Shown piece by piece: positions 49,803-61,959 of a stretch of 64,000 bases of DNA (positions within the stretch are counted from its first letter, which is position 1; the number at the start of each line of letters is the position of its first letter). The stretch comes from Felis catus (Eukaryota): positions 174,966,001 through 175,030,000 of the forward strand of contig NC_058368.1 of assembly GCF_018350175.1 (NCBI RefSeq), in the 5' to 3' direction. Made by a program: the position numbers and the translations under genes. The notes beneath the pieces were generated by a model. The model ran no database searches. It was not told the DNA's origin and saw only the letters and a list, made by a program, of their open reading frames with translations.

Positions 49803-50234
49803 TAGCAGCCCAACTTTAGATGTCAGGGGCAGAGGGGATCAATTGATATTTACCATATTATTCTTTCCCACTTGCTAGGAATGATTTTATTAATTTTGCT
49901 CAGTGCGGGAGGTTAGGGGTGGGAAGAAGAGGGAGAGGAAACATTCTTTGCTCTACTGAAATCCCTGAACGCATCTCTCATTTACTCCATAAGTTCTATG
50001 GGACAGGCATTGCCCCCAAATGCTTTCCCTGCATTTTCCCACTTATCACATCTCTGTAAGGCAAGTGCTATGGTGATGGTCCCGCTCTACTGTACCCTGT
50101 AACCCAACCCTATGAGCGCCCACAGGTCCCGCTGGCTTCTGAGGCCACAACCGGGGCGGAGAGAAGAGGCACTTCTGGAGAAGTGACCTTCCCTGTCTCT
50201 TTTTGTCAGAAACCTGCCTCTCCCTGAGAGACTC

Positions 50235-50600
50235 TGTCCCAGGTCAGCGCCTTAGCGGCCTAGCCTGAGATGGAGCTTCCGGTGAGGGTGATTGATGTAG
50301 GAAGTGTTGCCTCCTGAGACCTGGAAGGGGCAAGGGCAGCAGTAGAGGGCAGGGAAGGATCCCCAAGGGTGTGGTTTCTAGAGAGGTCTAGTTGGGTCCG
50401 GACCATGAGGAGCTCCGGAGCATGAGTGGCACCACAGAGGCTACCCCACCCAAAGGCAAGGGGACAGGACGGTAAGGCTTCCTCATCAGTCGTGGCTGAG
50501 AGTGGACACAGGACCGCAGAGCGAGCTGGAGGGGGAGGGCTGGGGCTGGAACTCTGAGGCAGCTCTGATTACCCAGCGTGCAGCGGTAGGCACGGGCATC
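50235..50600 (-). mobile_element. ERVL LTR (LTR16-like)
   Basis: agcctgagatggagcttccggtgagggtgattgatgtaggaagtg...agggcagggaagg...ggagctccggagcatgagtggcaccacagag. Confidence 0.6.
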
Positions 50601-51011
50601 TGCTGTATGCACGTTTACGGTCAACGGGAGGCAGGTAGCTTGAAGGTTACGTGCCGGCAGATAGACCCGCCTCCAAATTCCAGCTCCTCCAGGCACAGCG
50701 AGGTGACCTCAGGCGAGCCGCGTCGCCTCACGCGGCCTTGATTTTCTCTGCTGAAAAATGGGGATAATAGTAGCTTTTCTCTTCCAGAATTGTTGTCAGG
50801 ATTGAACAAGACAAGTGAAAGGGCTTCGTGCGGTGCCTGGCCCGGAGTGAGTCCTCGTGTCGGCTGTTATGCATTATAGTTCTTGCCCCCGCCGTTTCTG
50901 TCCTGACAGGTCCAAAGCTGGGAAATCTTCTGTCCAACTGGTCCGATCTTTGGAAGGGTTGTTTATTCCTCTAAAGCACAAGGGGGTGTTTCCTCACAGG
51001 GTAACACTAAG

Positions 51012-51012
<1 letters not shown>

Positions 51013-51060
<48 letters not shown>

Positions 51061-51123
51061 GTGTGTGTATATATATATACACATGTAATATGTATATAGT
51101 GTGTGTGTGTGTATATATATATA

Positions 51124-51169
<46 letters not shown>

Positions 51170-51177
51170 ATATATAG
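51013..51177. repeat. Compound (TA)n/(TG)n microsatellite
   Basis: Read directly. Confidence 0.97.
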
Positions 51178-51920
51178 AAGAGCCTAGTTACAAACCTAAT
51201 TAACATTTGGCAGGTCGTGGCTCATCCTTGGGGTCTGGATGCTCCTGAGAGCTGTTTGGAAGGGAATGAGAAAGGGTGGCAACCGTCAACGCCTTCTTTT
51301 CCATGTGAACATCGCGCAAATACACAGCCATAAACTGCCTGCAAATTGCTCTGTTGTCAGTTGCCGGAGTAATGTTAGGATAAGCCTTCCTCCCAAGTGT
51401 TTAGCAAGCTTTGGAAATGAGATGTAAAGGTCGTTATTATTAAAGTAAGGATTCGGAACTTAACAACAACAACAAAAAGGAAAAGCTCCTTCCAGAAGAA
51501 TCTATTCCACCTCGTCTTTATTGGTTATTCCCCCAAATGGCCCCTCTGCCTCCGTTCTTTCAGATCAACCCGAGATCTGAAAGTGAGTCAAACGCAGAAT
51601 TTTCTAAATAACCTCGTGGAGCCCCGTTGCACGAGGGAGAGCGTATTGAGTCCACGGTCGAACCCACATTTTCACTGGGATCATTAGCACACAGAAACCA
51701 ACGTGGTACCCTTGCTCCCCATCAATGCTTACTGGGCTTCAGACCCATCAGGAGAAGCTGGTGGGCTACCTTACTGTTGCCCAAAGAAGGAAGACTGTAG
51801 GCCAACAGGTTCACTACCTTTGCTCCTTCCTATCACATTCTTTAAAAAGAGAGAGCAGGGGGAGGGGGGCTTCTAGAAAATACTAAGCAAGAAATAGACA
51901 TTGCAATTTAAAAAAAAACA

Positions 51921-52142
51921 CAAATCAATCTGTGGTGGCAGAAAGCAGATCAGTGATTGTGCACAGCGGGGGGAAGAGAAGGGACGTGTGAAGGGACGTG
52001 AAGAAACTTTGGGGGGTGGTGGGTATGTTCATTGTCATGATATTGGTGGTTTCACAGGTATAACCTATGTCAAAACTTGTCAAGTTGCACTCTTTAAGTA
52101 TAGGTAGTTTATTAGCTGTCAGTTATGCCTCAGTAAAGTTGT
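51921..52142 (+). mobile_element. Old L1 3' terminus (L1MB/L1ME-like)
   Basis: aatctgtggtggcagaaagcagatcagtg...ggtggtttcacaggtata...tgtcaaaact...tcagttatgcctcagtaaagttg. Confidence 0.85.
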
Positions 52143-52182
52143 AAGACAAAATACTTGCTTTGTTTTTTAATAATACATTTTT

Positions 52183-52393
52183 TAAAACGTTTATTCATCT
52201 TTGAGAGACAGAGAGAGAGAGACAGAGCATGAGCGGGGAAGGGGCAGAGAAAGTGGGACACAGAATCTGAAGCAGGCTCCAGGCTCTGAGCTGTCAGCAC
52301 AGAGCCCGACGCACAGCTCGAACTCACGACCTGCGAGATCATGACCTGAGCCGAAGTCGGCTGCTTAACCGACTGAGCACCCCCAGGCACCTC
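52183..52393 (-). mobile_element. Felid CanSINE (resident copy of the tandem)
   Basis: Flanked by aataatacattttt on both sides. Confidence 0.96.
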
Positions 52394-52408
52394 TAATAAT
52401 ACATTTTT

Positions 52409-52622
52409 TTTCTTTTTTCAACGTTTATTTATTTTTGGGACAGAGAGAGACAGAGCATGAACGGGGGAGGGGCAGAGAGAGAGGGAGACACAGAATCGGA
52501 AACAGGCTCCAGGCTCCGAGCCATCAGCCCAGAGCCTGAAGCGGGGCTCGAACTCCTGGACCGCGAGATCGTGACCTGGCTGAAGTCGGACGCTTAACCG
52601 ACTGAGCACCCCCAGGCGCCTC
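52409..52622 (-). mobile_element. Young felid CanSINE with a head shared with its neighbour
   Basis: Young-type body but head gactgagcacccccaggcgcctc; followed by a third aataatacattttt. Confidence 0.96.
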
Positions 52623-52753
52623 CAATAATACATTTTTAAATGAAATGGCTTCAGGGTTCCCCAGCTTGACATGTAGGAGTATGAGATAGGCCTTTAGCTG
52701 AGAAGACAAAACAGCCAGGCGTTGTGCTTAAAAACCTCCTGGAGGAGGGGGGC

Positions 52754-53315
52754 GGATAAATACACTGTAGGGCATCCTGACAATGGAATATTCCTGAGCG
52801 CTAAAAAGAAAGGAGCCGTCAGGCCATGAAAAGACATGGAGGAGACCCACATGCATCTTGCTAAGAGAAAGAAATCAGTCTGAAAAGGCTATGTACTGTG
52901 TATTCCAACTATAGGACATTCTGGAAACGGCAACATTATAAAGGCGGGAAAAAGATCAGGGGTTTCCAGACACGGAGGAGAGGAAAAGATACATAGGCAG
53001 AGCACAGAGGACTATCAAGGCAGTGAAAATACTCTGTCTGGTACTATAAGGATGAAGACATGTCATTAGGCATTTGTCAAAACTCATAAAATGTATACCA
53101 CCACGAGCAACCCCAAGGCAAACCATGGACGTCGGGTGATAATGACGTGTTACTGTAGGTTCATCGACTGTAACAAATGTACTGCTCTGGTGGGGGGTGT
53201 TGATGGTGGGGAAGGCTGTGCGTGTGGGAGGGCCGGAGGTATAGGGGAACTGCCAGTCCTTTCCTCTCAATTTTCCAGTGAATCGGAAGCTACTCTAAAA
53301 AATAAAGTCTTAAAA
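52754..53315 (+). mobile_element. L1MC1/2-like 3' UTR
   Basis: ccatgaaaagacatggagg...ggcagagcacagagga...catttgtcaaaactcata...taggttcatcgactgtaacaaatgtac...ctctaaaaaataaagtct. Confidence 0.9.
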
Positions 53316-53734
53316 CCAAGCAACTGAACAAAAAAAATCCCAATGTGTCTCCATCATTCCAAGCCTAGGGATTCTTGTCTGCTGGGAAGCCCTTGGCGAT
53401 GAGTACGTGGGCAAACGGGTTATTTTCTAACTCAGCCTGAAGTTGAAGGGAAACATGTTGGGGTTCTCCCCAAACCTCTTCAGCTCTCACTCGGTGGCTG
53501 GTCGGAGGAACTGGGATCGACATTGAGTAGTTCCATGTGGATGGACCTCACGGCCAGATGCAGAGACTGAGGTGTCCTCCAGAATCCTGCCTTCTTTCTG
53601 CTGTCCCCCGGTGTCACCATCCCTACATCCTTGCCCGTGTCCCCCTTTCCAACTTTACGTGACAAACATGTGAGACACACACTGATACACACACACAGCC
53701 ATGAGTTTTTATTAGAAGCAAAACCTTGCTATCC

Positions 53735-54250
53735 TTCATCCATCCATCCATTCATGTACCCAGGACCTCTTTGCTGAGCACCTGTTCTAGGGAAAGGGCA
53801 AGGAACTGGGTTGGTGGTCAAAACAGACATAGAGACTGCCCTCAGGGACCTTACATTCTAAGTGGGATAGATGCAGTCATCAAGTAACTAAACATGGAAG
53901 GTGAAACTACAGCCGGGGTAAGTGCTATCAAGCAGAGATAAAGACCTGTAAGAAGAAATAACAGGGAAATTCAGCTTATTCATAGATACAGGGGAGGAAG
54001 GCTTCCCTGGAGAAGTGACAAGGGAGGTAATTTGAAAGAAGTATAGGGATTAATCAGGTAAAGAAGGTCAGCAGGGTTTCAGAAAGAAGGAATGATATGT
54101 GCAAAGGCCCTGTGGTTGGAGGAAGCATGGCATGATCAAAGAAATGATCAAAGGCCTTTGTGGCTGGAGCTCAGAGACCAAGAGGGAGAGAAACCAGTGA
54201 GGTAACTAGAGGCTAGATGGCAGGTGACTTTATAGGCCATGGCAATGAAA
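53735..54250 (-). mobile_element. L2 3' fragment
   Basis: catccattca...tgctgagcacct...ctgccctcagggaccttacattcta...ggaaggcttccctggagaagtgaca...tgtgcaaaggccctgtgg. Confidence 0.85.
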
Positions 54251-54726
54251 TGTCTCCCATCAATTCCCCCGGAAAAACATACCCCAGGCCCCTTAACAGA
54301 ACAAAAAACCACACTGATTAGGCAAAGGTAAGTTTTTTAGAGCTACTTTATTAATAATAAAGGCGAACATAACCTTGACAGAATTTTAGGAATGTCCCAG
54401 AAAGTGGAGGTCAGGGGGGTCTTATTTATAGAGTTGTAGGGCCCCGGCTTGATGATTTTTAAAGCTGGTTTTCCCAGACCGAGAATGAGTTGGGATTAGG
54501 CAAAGCATATGACCCCGACTCGATTGTACCTCGGATTTGTGAACACGGTGACGAGAGGGCCTGAAAGTGGGTCTCACTGTTCATGTTCACACATAATCTA
54601 TTCCAGCTGGTTCACAGATCCATCTTCCAGCAGAAGGTGTTTTTTTAGAACACACAGCGAAGTTATCTTTGCTCATTCTCAGTTTTGCTTAAAAAATGGA
54701 CAGAGAAGCATGCCCCGATCGATACA
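54251..54726 (-). mobile_element. Probable ERV1-class solo LTR
   Basis: TG...CA termini (tgtctccc...gataca), ~476 bp. On the - strand a TATAAATA (~54424-54431) is followed ~75 bp later by AATAAA (~54347-54352). No clear TSD. Confidence 0.6.
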
Positions 54727-55799
54727 AGACCAGGGAATTATGTCGTTTTCAGTCCCGAGGCTTGTGAGGACCTTGCCGATGGGTTTTCCGATCCCTCTGA
54801 CCTGCTGACCCGGCCGCGGGGCAACAGGATGGGCCCCCGTCACCACGTCACCTGGCCGAGTGACTCTCTCGCTGTGGGGCACAGCTTTCATCTGTGCGCT
54901 GGGACCACAGGAAGAGGTAACTCACAAGGCTGTTGCTCACGGTGGAGTTTTTATCTGCGCATGCTCCTCGCCGTCAGGCATGGTCGAGAGGAGGCACGCG
55001 GAGCACAGCCTCCTGTATTCCTTGCCCAGCTCTGCCGCTGCCCGTTTCTGAGCCCCCACCCCTGCCCGTTGCCCAACCCCCAGGCAGCTTCCTGATCTGC
55101 CAAGGGAGGATAATAACAGCGTGGACTTTATGAGGGTAGTTCTGGGGGGTAAACGAGACGTGCATGTACATTCTTAGCCCTGCTTGGCGCGTGACACGTG
55201 CTCGCCTGGTCATTACTGCTGTTGCTTTCACGACTTGACTGCAGCGCTGAGGTCTCCAGAAGCCCCTGTGTTCATTCCATGACCCTCTCAGGGTCAGTCT
55301 ACCTTGCTCTGGTCATCCAGGTGACTGCGACCATTCTGGTCCTGAATTTCTATCGTTGTGTTTGGCACACGGCGCTGCCTCTCGATCCTCACATCTAGGA
55401 CCTTCGCTACTTTTGCGTTCCCTCGGGGGGGTGAGTCTTCACTGTCCACTGCGCCGGTCTTCCCTGTGGGTCAAGGCTGCAAACCACTCCAGGGCAGGGA
55501 ACGTGCTTCTGGTGCTTCGTTTCTTCGCCCCGTTAAGAGCGCAAGGGCTCAGTTCACTCCAGCGACTGGTACTAAGACCCGCGCTGGCCCGAGCTAGGTG
55601 CTGTGCACAGAGCAACGAGGCAGACGCAGAACTCTTGGGGGTGGGGGGGCTCTGGAATGGAGGGAAAGAGTCCGGATAGAGTCTCAGGAGGCGCTTACTG
55701 GTAAATGGATGCCCGAAGTATGGACGAGGGAGGGATTGATTCTAGCCTGGGGCATTAAAGAAAACTTCTCAGAGAAACCGAAGCCTAGACAGGCTTTAT

Positions 55800-56114
55800 C
55801 ATTTTTTTTTTTTGTAATAAGGAAAATGTGCAAATAGAAAAGAAAATGGAAACAGTTTCAAAATAGTTTAGAGTGAAAATAAGTCCACCTCCCGATCCTT
55901 CAGCTTCCCTCTCAGAGGCCCCTACCTTTTTCACATTCTACCTGCCCATGTGAGCAGGTGTAAGCTTATCTGCATAGCATACCCCACACCGTGGTACTTA
56001 AACATATAGCTTGAGGATCGTGTTATATCAGTACGTGTTGATCTCCTTTATTGTTATTCTTATAATTAATTGTATGTAGTCAGCTCCCCGTTGAGGGACA
56101 GAATGGTTGTTTCT

Positions 56115-56174
<60 letters not shown>

Positions 56175-56590
56175 TTTTCCTTGCTATATTGAATAATGCT
56201 TCCGTGAATATCTTTGTAAAATTTCTTTGAGTACTTGTGTGAGGAGTGCGCAATAAATATATAGCAAATTCCAGAAGCGCACTTTGCTAGGGCAATGTTT
56301 TTAAAACAAAATTTTAATGTTTATTTTTGACAGAGAGAGAGAGAGAGAGGACAGAGTGGGGGAGGGGCAGAGAGAGAGGGAGACACAGAATCCGAAGCAG
56401 GCTCCAGGCTCCGAGCTGTCCGCTCAGAGCCCCATGTGGGGCTCGAACCCACGGAGCGCGAGATCATGACCCCGGGCCGAAGTCGGAAGCTCAACCGACT
56501 GAGCCACCCAGGCGCCCCCCTAGGGCAATTTTGATAGGCATTTTCAAGTTGCCTTTCCAAGAAGGCATGTCCACCTGTGACTCTCCAGCA
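55800..56590 (-). mobile_element. Old L1 (L1ME-like) fragment carrying (TTTC)n (56111-56178) and a SINE
   Basis: tcagctccccgttgagggaca...ttgctatattgaataatgcttccgtgaatatctttgta...ttttgataggcattttcaagttgcctttccaa. Confidence 0.7.
56298..56519 (-). mobile_element. Felid CanSINE
   Basis: TSD ctagggcaat. Confidence 0.95.
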
Positions 56591-57032
56591 GGGACTGAGA
56601 GTTGAACCGGAGTTCCCAGGAGGACTTCAGGGAGTGCAGGGGGGAGGAGGGACAGTGCAGGTGCGAGGGCAGAGGAGCCCGGAAGGGGTTACAGCCTGTG
56701 CCGGAGCATGGAGGCTGGGGAGGGAAATGGGGAGGAATGTAATGAGTGCTGGGGGCAGGAAAGGAAACACAGTGATACTTGACGTCTATGAGACATCATG
56801 CAAACTAATAGCTTCAGATAGTTCCCAGTTCCAGCATCCGAATGCGCCATATTCCTCGCGATGATGTCGCGGCTTTGGTTTTCAGCAGCTAGTATAATAA
56901 AATACAAGTACGGCATGGAAATCTGTGTGGGGCAGAAAGTGAAGGTGGCAGTGTCTCCTCTGAGAAGGGGTGCAGGACCCAACAGGTGAATCCCATTCAC
57001 AGGTGACTATGGCCACTTAAGAATGAATTTCT

Positions 57033-57230
57033 GGGGCTCCTGGGTGGCTCAGTCGGCTGAGTGTCCAACTCTTGATTTTGGCTCAGGTCATGATCCCAAG
57101 GTGGTGGGATTGAGCCCTGTGCTGGGCTCTGCACTGAGCGTTGGACACGGAACGTGCTTGGGGTTCTCTCTCTCCCTCTGCCCTCTCCCCCACTTGCGCG
57201 CTCTCTCCCTCCAAAAACAAAACAAAAAAA
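57033..57230 (+). mobile_element. Older CanSINE
   Basis: ggggctcctgggtggctcagtcgg...ctcttgattttggctcaggtcatgatccc. Confidence 0.92.
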
Positions 57231-58310
57231 GACGCTATTTTTTCCAAGCGACTACTAAGTTCCTAGAACAGATACTTGCCAAATTATTGGCGCTAACTGC
57301 TTAATTAACGAAACGGGTAGGTATTTCTTGGTGCTGAGGGCACCGTGAAAAAACTACTGAGATACCCAAGGCACTGTGAACAGAGAAAAGTTTGGGAACT
57401 TCTGGATTACTCCGTGCTTGCAACATTTAATTCTATTTGATTTCATTCTTGCAGCTACACTATGAGGGACCTTTATGCATTCCCTTTCGCTCTGGAGAGA
57501 GCCAGAGATCAGTAAAGACCAACATCCCGCAGCAAGTTAGCGATCGAGGAGGGAATGAATTTGAATCCGTCTGACGGACTATCTCTGTTTTTAGCCACTA
57601 CGCTGAGATCTCAGATACTCAGCATGTGCAATTAGCCAGTGCACCCTGAGCGTTCGGAAAGCTTAGTTTTACTGTATTACTAACAAGGCCACGTTATTCT
57701 TTCATCCTATTAAACGAACACTGCCTCATCCTCTAATTTGAAATCCCTTAATGTCTGGGCAGTGCAGCCCCATGAATCAGAAGGCTGGCTCCACGGCTGT
57801 GCTCATGGACAGGAATAGGCCCTCAGGACCCAGGAGTAATATGCCCCCTAACCACGGGCCTGGCCGGGCCCTGTTCCAGGCACCAGGAGGTGTGGGAAGG
57901 TGGACAACTTGGACAGAGTTCAGAAAGAAGCAGCCCTCGTGACCACAAGGTAGGAATCAAAGGATATGCCGGTGTTAGGAGCTAGCTAATCGACGCTCTG
58001 ACCCCATGACGTCAAAGAGAAAACAGGCCCAGGAGGGTTAGGACAGTTGTCTAAGATCACACAGCGAGCTGGCGGAGAGCGGGGCTGAGATCCAGCACTC
58101 CTGACATAAGCCATTGGGTGAAAATAGGATTCAAGAAGAAAACTGTGGAAGCCTCCATTGACTCGTGAGACGTTCTATGCTCACCTCCAGCCAGACTCCA
58201 AGATGGCTTCCAAAGGGCCCCTTCAGGAGCTAACACTTACCTCCCCAAACCCTCTGTGCTACACCTTGCATCTCTTACCCTGCGCAGCCTGACTTAGTAG
58301 CTACATTTTA

Positions 58311-58537
58311 TTTTATTTTATTTTAATTTTTTTTAATGTTTATTTATTTTTGAGACAGAGATAGACAGAGCATGAATGGGGGAGGGGCAGAGAGAGAGGG
58401 AGACGCAGAATCAGAAGCAGGCTCCAGGCTCCGAGCCCTCAGCCCAGAGCCCGACGCGGGGCTCGAACTCACGGACCGCGAGATCGTGACCTGAGCTGAA
58501 GTCGGACGCTCAACTGACTGAGCCACCCAGGCGCCCC
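58311..58537 (-). mobile_element. Felid CanSINE
   Basis: Perfect TSD agtagctacatttta. Confidence 0.97.
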
Positions 58538-59191
58538 AGTAGCTACATTTTAAAGACCAGGCAACTGAGATTCAAAGCAAAGAACGTTTGCAACTGAGGC
58601 AGTAACGAAGTGGGACTCCAATCTAGGTCAGACAACTTCCTCTGACCCCATGATCCTTCCCTTGTACCCCTCTCGTGTTCAAGGTGGATGGGAGAGTACG
58701 CACATGCAAACATTCGTTGCCGTTACCGACATCTTCCTCACTTGGAGACGTTGCAGTTCTCACTGGACTTCAACTCTGAACACACAGAACTTTCTGTTGC
58801 CAGATTGCAGATGGGACGTTCCTCCCGTGTTCGAACACCTATAATAGGAAGGCCTTTGAGTCAAGAGGTGAAGAGGGCAGGTTCTGGAGGGAGGCCGCCT
58901 AGGTCCCTCCTCTGCCCCATTACTTACTTACCAGCTGTGTGAGCAGAGGTGAACCTTGGTTTCCTTATCTGTAAAATGGCAACAATAATAATAAAAGGTG
59001 GAAGCAATTAATCCTCACCTATGTAGCTGAATAGGGTTCAGGAGTCGGCAAGCCTTTTACATAAAGGGCCCAACAGTCAATTATCTTGGCTTTGTAGCCT
59101 CTAATGGCACCATGGAGCTCTTCAGTTGTAGTGGGGGGGGGCAGCCGTAGATGATACGTTAACAAATGGATGTGGCTGTGCCCTGGTAGGA

Positions 59192-59895
59192 TTTTAATTT
59201 TTTTAATTAATTAAGTAATGAATTGTGGGAGCCTGAGTGGCCCAGTCAATTGAGCGTCCGACTCTTGGTTTTGGTTCAGGTCATGATCTCACGGTTGGCG
59301 GGTTCGATCGGACTCTGTACTGACAGTGCGGCACCTGCTTGGGATTCTGTCTCTCTCCCTCTCTCTCTCTGCCTCTACCCTGCTTGTGCTCTCTCCCTCT
59401 TTCTCAAAATAAATAAATACACCTTAAAAAATTAACTAATTCATTGTTATGTTAATTTCAGACGTACGATACCATGATTCAACGTGTCCGTACAACACCC
59501 GGTGCTCATCGCGAGTGCCCTCCTTAACCCCCATCACCTATTCCACCCATCCCGTCCCCCACCTCCCCCCTGGTAACCGTCAGTTTGTTCTCTCTAGTTA
59601 AGAGTCTGTTTCTTAGTTTGCCTCTCTCTCTCTCTTTTTTCCTTTGAGCATTTGTTTTGTTTCCTAAATTCCACAAATGAGTGAAATCACATGGTATTTA
59701 TCTTTCTCTGACTGACTTATTTCACTTAGCATAACACTCTCTTAGCTCCGTCCGTGTTGTTGCAAATGGCAGGATTTCGTTCTTTTTTATGGCTGAGTAA
59801 TATTTCTCTGTGTGTGCATGTGTGTGTGTGTGTGTGTGTACGCATGCATGTAGAGCACGCCCTCTTATCCATTCATCTACTGATGGCCGCTGGGT
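59192..59895 (-). mobile_element. Carnivore L1 3' end inserted in MER58A
   Basis: acaacacccggtgctcatc...aattccacaaatgagtgaaatcacatggtatt...tgactgacttatttcacttagcataa...ttgcaaatggcaggatttcgttcttttttatggctgagtaata. Confidence 0.92.
59227..59432 (+). mobile_element. Older CanSINE inserted in the L1 tail
   Basis: gggagcctgagtggcccagtc...cctgcttgggattctgtctct...aaaataaataaa. Confidence 0.9.
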
Positions 59896-60349
59896 CAGTA
59901 TGACTTTATTTGCAAAGCCAGGTGACGTGCCATGGCGTGCCGCCCTTTGGCTGTACTTAGCCTTATATCCAGCGAGCGGCGTTTTTCTGACGTAGTTTCG
60001 GTACATTCAGCACACTTGCCTGAAACACGTCTCGACGCGGAGGGCTTCATACTGATGTTTCTTACAGTTTGGCGAGGGGTGAGGGATGAAGAGAGGGAGT
60101 CCACTGAGGACCCACAAGGCTTCTCCTGAAGAAAACGCGAATGTGTGTATGGTTTTGCACACAATCGTAGGGGGTTTTGTAGACACAGGGTCTATTTACC
60201 CTTCAGAACTCCAGCAATGCACCTTTTTCGAAGAACTCCAGAAACTGCAGCTCAGGTTGAGAACATCAGAGCCTGAAGAAGATGTACTGGTTACTGTAAG
60301 GTTTTATGGCAGCACAAAGCCCCCTCGGCTAGTGAGCGTATGACCCATT

Positions 60350-60662
60350 TGCCCTGGTGGCTGAGTGTACCCGTGTGATCTTGTTGTGACCATTGGGATG
60401 AGATCAGAAATATAGGCACCAAGTCCAGGCCCTGTCTCTTCAGACTGGGTATGTGCTTCTCCGGCTTCTTTCTCCTGCCCGCTGACTAAAAGGTGGCGAG
60501 AACGGGATGGTCACTTGGACTCAAAGAGAGAAGCCACACATTAAAGATGGAAAAGCCATCCTATTGGCTCAACTACCTGCCTCTGAGCTATTACGTAAGA
60601 GAGAACTAAACTTCAGTCTTATGTGAGTCCCTGTATTTCTGGATCGCTTTGTTACAGCAGCT
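60350..60662 (+). mobile_element. Old MaLR LTR (MLT1J-L-like)
   Basis: gagagaagccacacattaaagatgg...acgtaagagagaactaaacttc...ctttgttacagcagct. Confidence 0.6.
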
Positions 60663-60671
60663 AAACGGGTA

Positions 60672-60852
60672 CAGGGTACGGGGTACGTAATTTGCAGGGC
60701 CCAGTACAAGTTGAAAACGTGGGGGTCCTTGTTGAGAAATTGGTAAGAATTTCAAGACCTGGTCAGCAGAGTTTCAAATCGAAGTGCAGGACCCTTCTAA
60801 GCATAGGGATCTGTGCAAGTGCACAGGGTACATGCCCGTGATGTTGACCCTG
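60672..60852 (-). mobile_element. MER91A-like hAT-Tip100 MITE
   Basis: tacgtaatttgcagggcccagtacaagttgaaaacgtgggggtccttgtt...aagaatttcaagac...cccttctaagc...ctgtgcaagtgcacagg...accctg. Confidence 0.85.
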
Positions 60853-61559
60853 GCTGTGGCCCGGGACAGGTGGGACCTCAACTGAGGCCCAGAGATTGGG
60901 TCATCAAGACTGGGTCATTTTTGGTGGTTGAAAGCAGCCATGGTTCTGATCCTTTTGGTGACGGACCACACGTACCACGATCAGGAAGGAACTAGACCAG
61001 GGACCGTGACTGACCCTCCCTCTCATGGTAGGGCTCTGAGGCCTGTAGTCCCTTGGGAGCTTTTTAGCGTTCACTCCTTTCCACGTCTGGGGCAGAGAAA
61101 GGGCACGCAACTGCCCGGAGAACAAATCAGAGTTGACAAATGCCCCATTTGTCACATTGCCAGGGGTGGACCTCAGGCCAAATCTCAGTGTGGCGCCATC
61201 ATCAGCTGTGGCTGGGCAAGTGGTTTGATTTGGTAGCTCCCCGAGATGTCCCTTCCCGATCCAGCAGTGATACTCTGTTCTCAGCAGTGCCACAAGGAGG
61301 GTACTATTATCGTTGCTTTTGTCAACAGGGAAACTGAGGCTCTACTGGTTAGGGATGGCCCTGAGATTCAAGCCCCGACAGGTTCCCCCAGCAGTTTAGG
61401 GCCTTCATCGCCACATTAAGCTTGACCCTAAACAAGCTACCCACTTTGCGGACAAGACGGCCCATCTCCCACCCTCGGCGGGGGGAGAGGGCTTATCCTC
61501 GGTTTCCAACACCTGTCGTGTGCGGGCCTTCGAAGGCCGGTTCCGGAGGGAGGCTGCCC

Positions 61560-61720
61560 GGGTCCCACCTCCAGCTCCGTCACTCACTTACCACCTGTGT
61601 GAGCTGGGGCAAACCTCAGTTTCCTCATCTGTAAAGAGGCAATACAATAAAAGATCCCGTCTCTTTGATTTGGTATGACGATAACTTAAGATAATGTAGG
61701 CAATGGACTTGACATTTAGC
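61560..61720 (+). mobile_element. MIR fragment
   Basis: ccagctccgtcactcacttaccacctgtgtgagctggggcaaacctcagtttcctcatctgtaaa. Confidence 0.8.
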
Positions 61721-61959
61721 GAGTCCTTCGCAGACTTCGCTCCCATCGCTGATGTAGAACACACAACGAACCAGACTTCCCCGAGTCCTACCGACATATC
61801 TGCCCCTGCTCTGCTCTCCCAAGCCCTTCCTGTCTCTGCCCTGGTCTGGGCATCCTCACTGATGCCCCCCCCCCCCCCCGCCCCCGTCTCTTGCTGCAAT
61901 GTTGAAGTAAGCCGATGTTTGTTTTGTTTTGTTTTGAAATCAGGGCAAAATGGTTATAT

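Larger units (their letters stand above)
59039..59950. mobile_element. MER58A-like hAT MITE, split into 59039-59190 and 59896-59950
   Basis: caggagtcggcaagccttttacataaagggcc...gcagccgtagatgatacg...aatggatgtggctgtg | actttatttgcaaagccagg. Confidence 0.8.
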
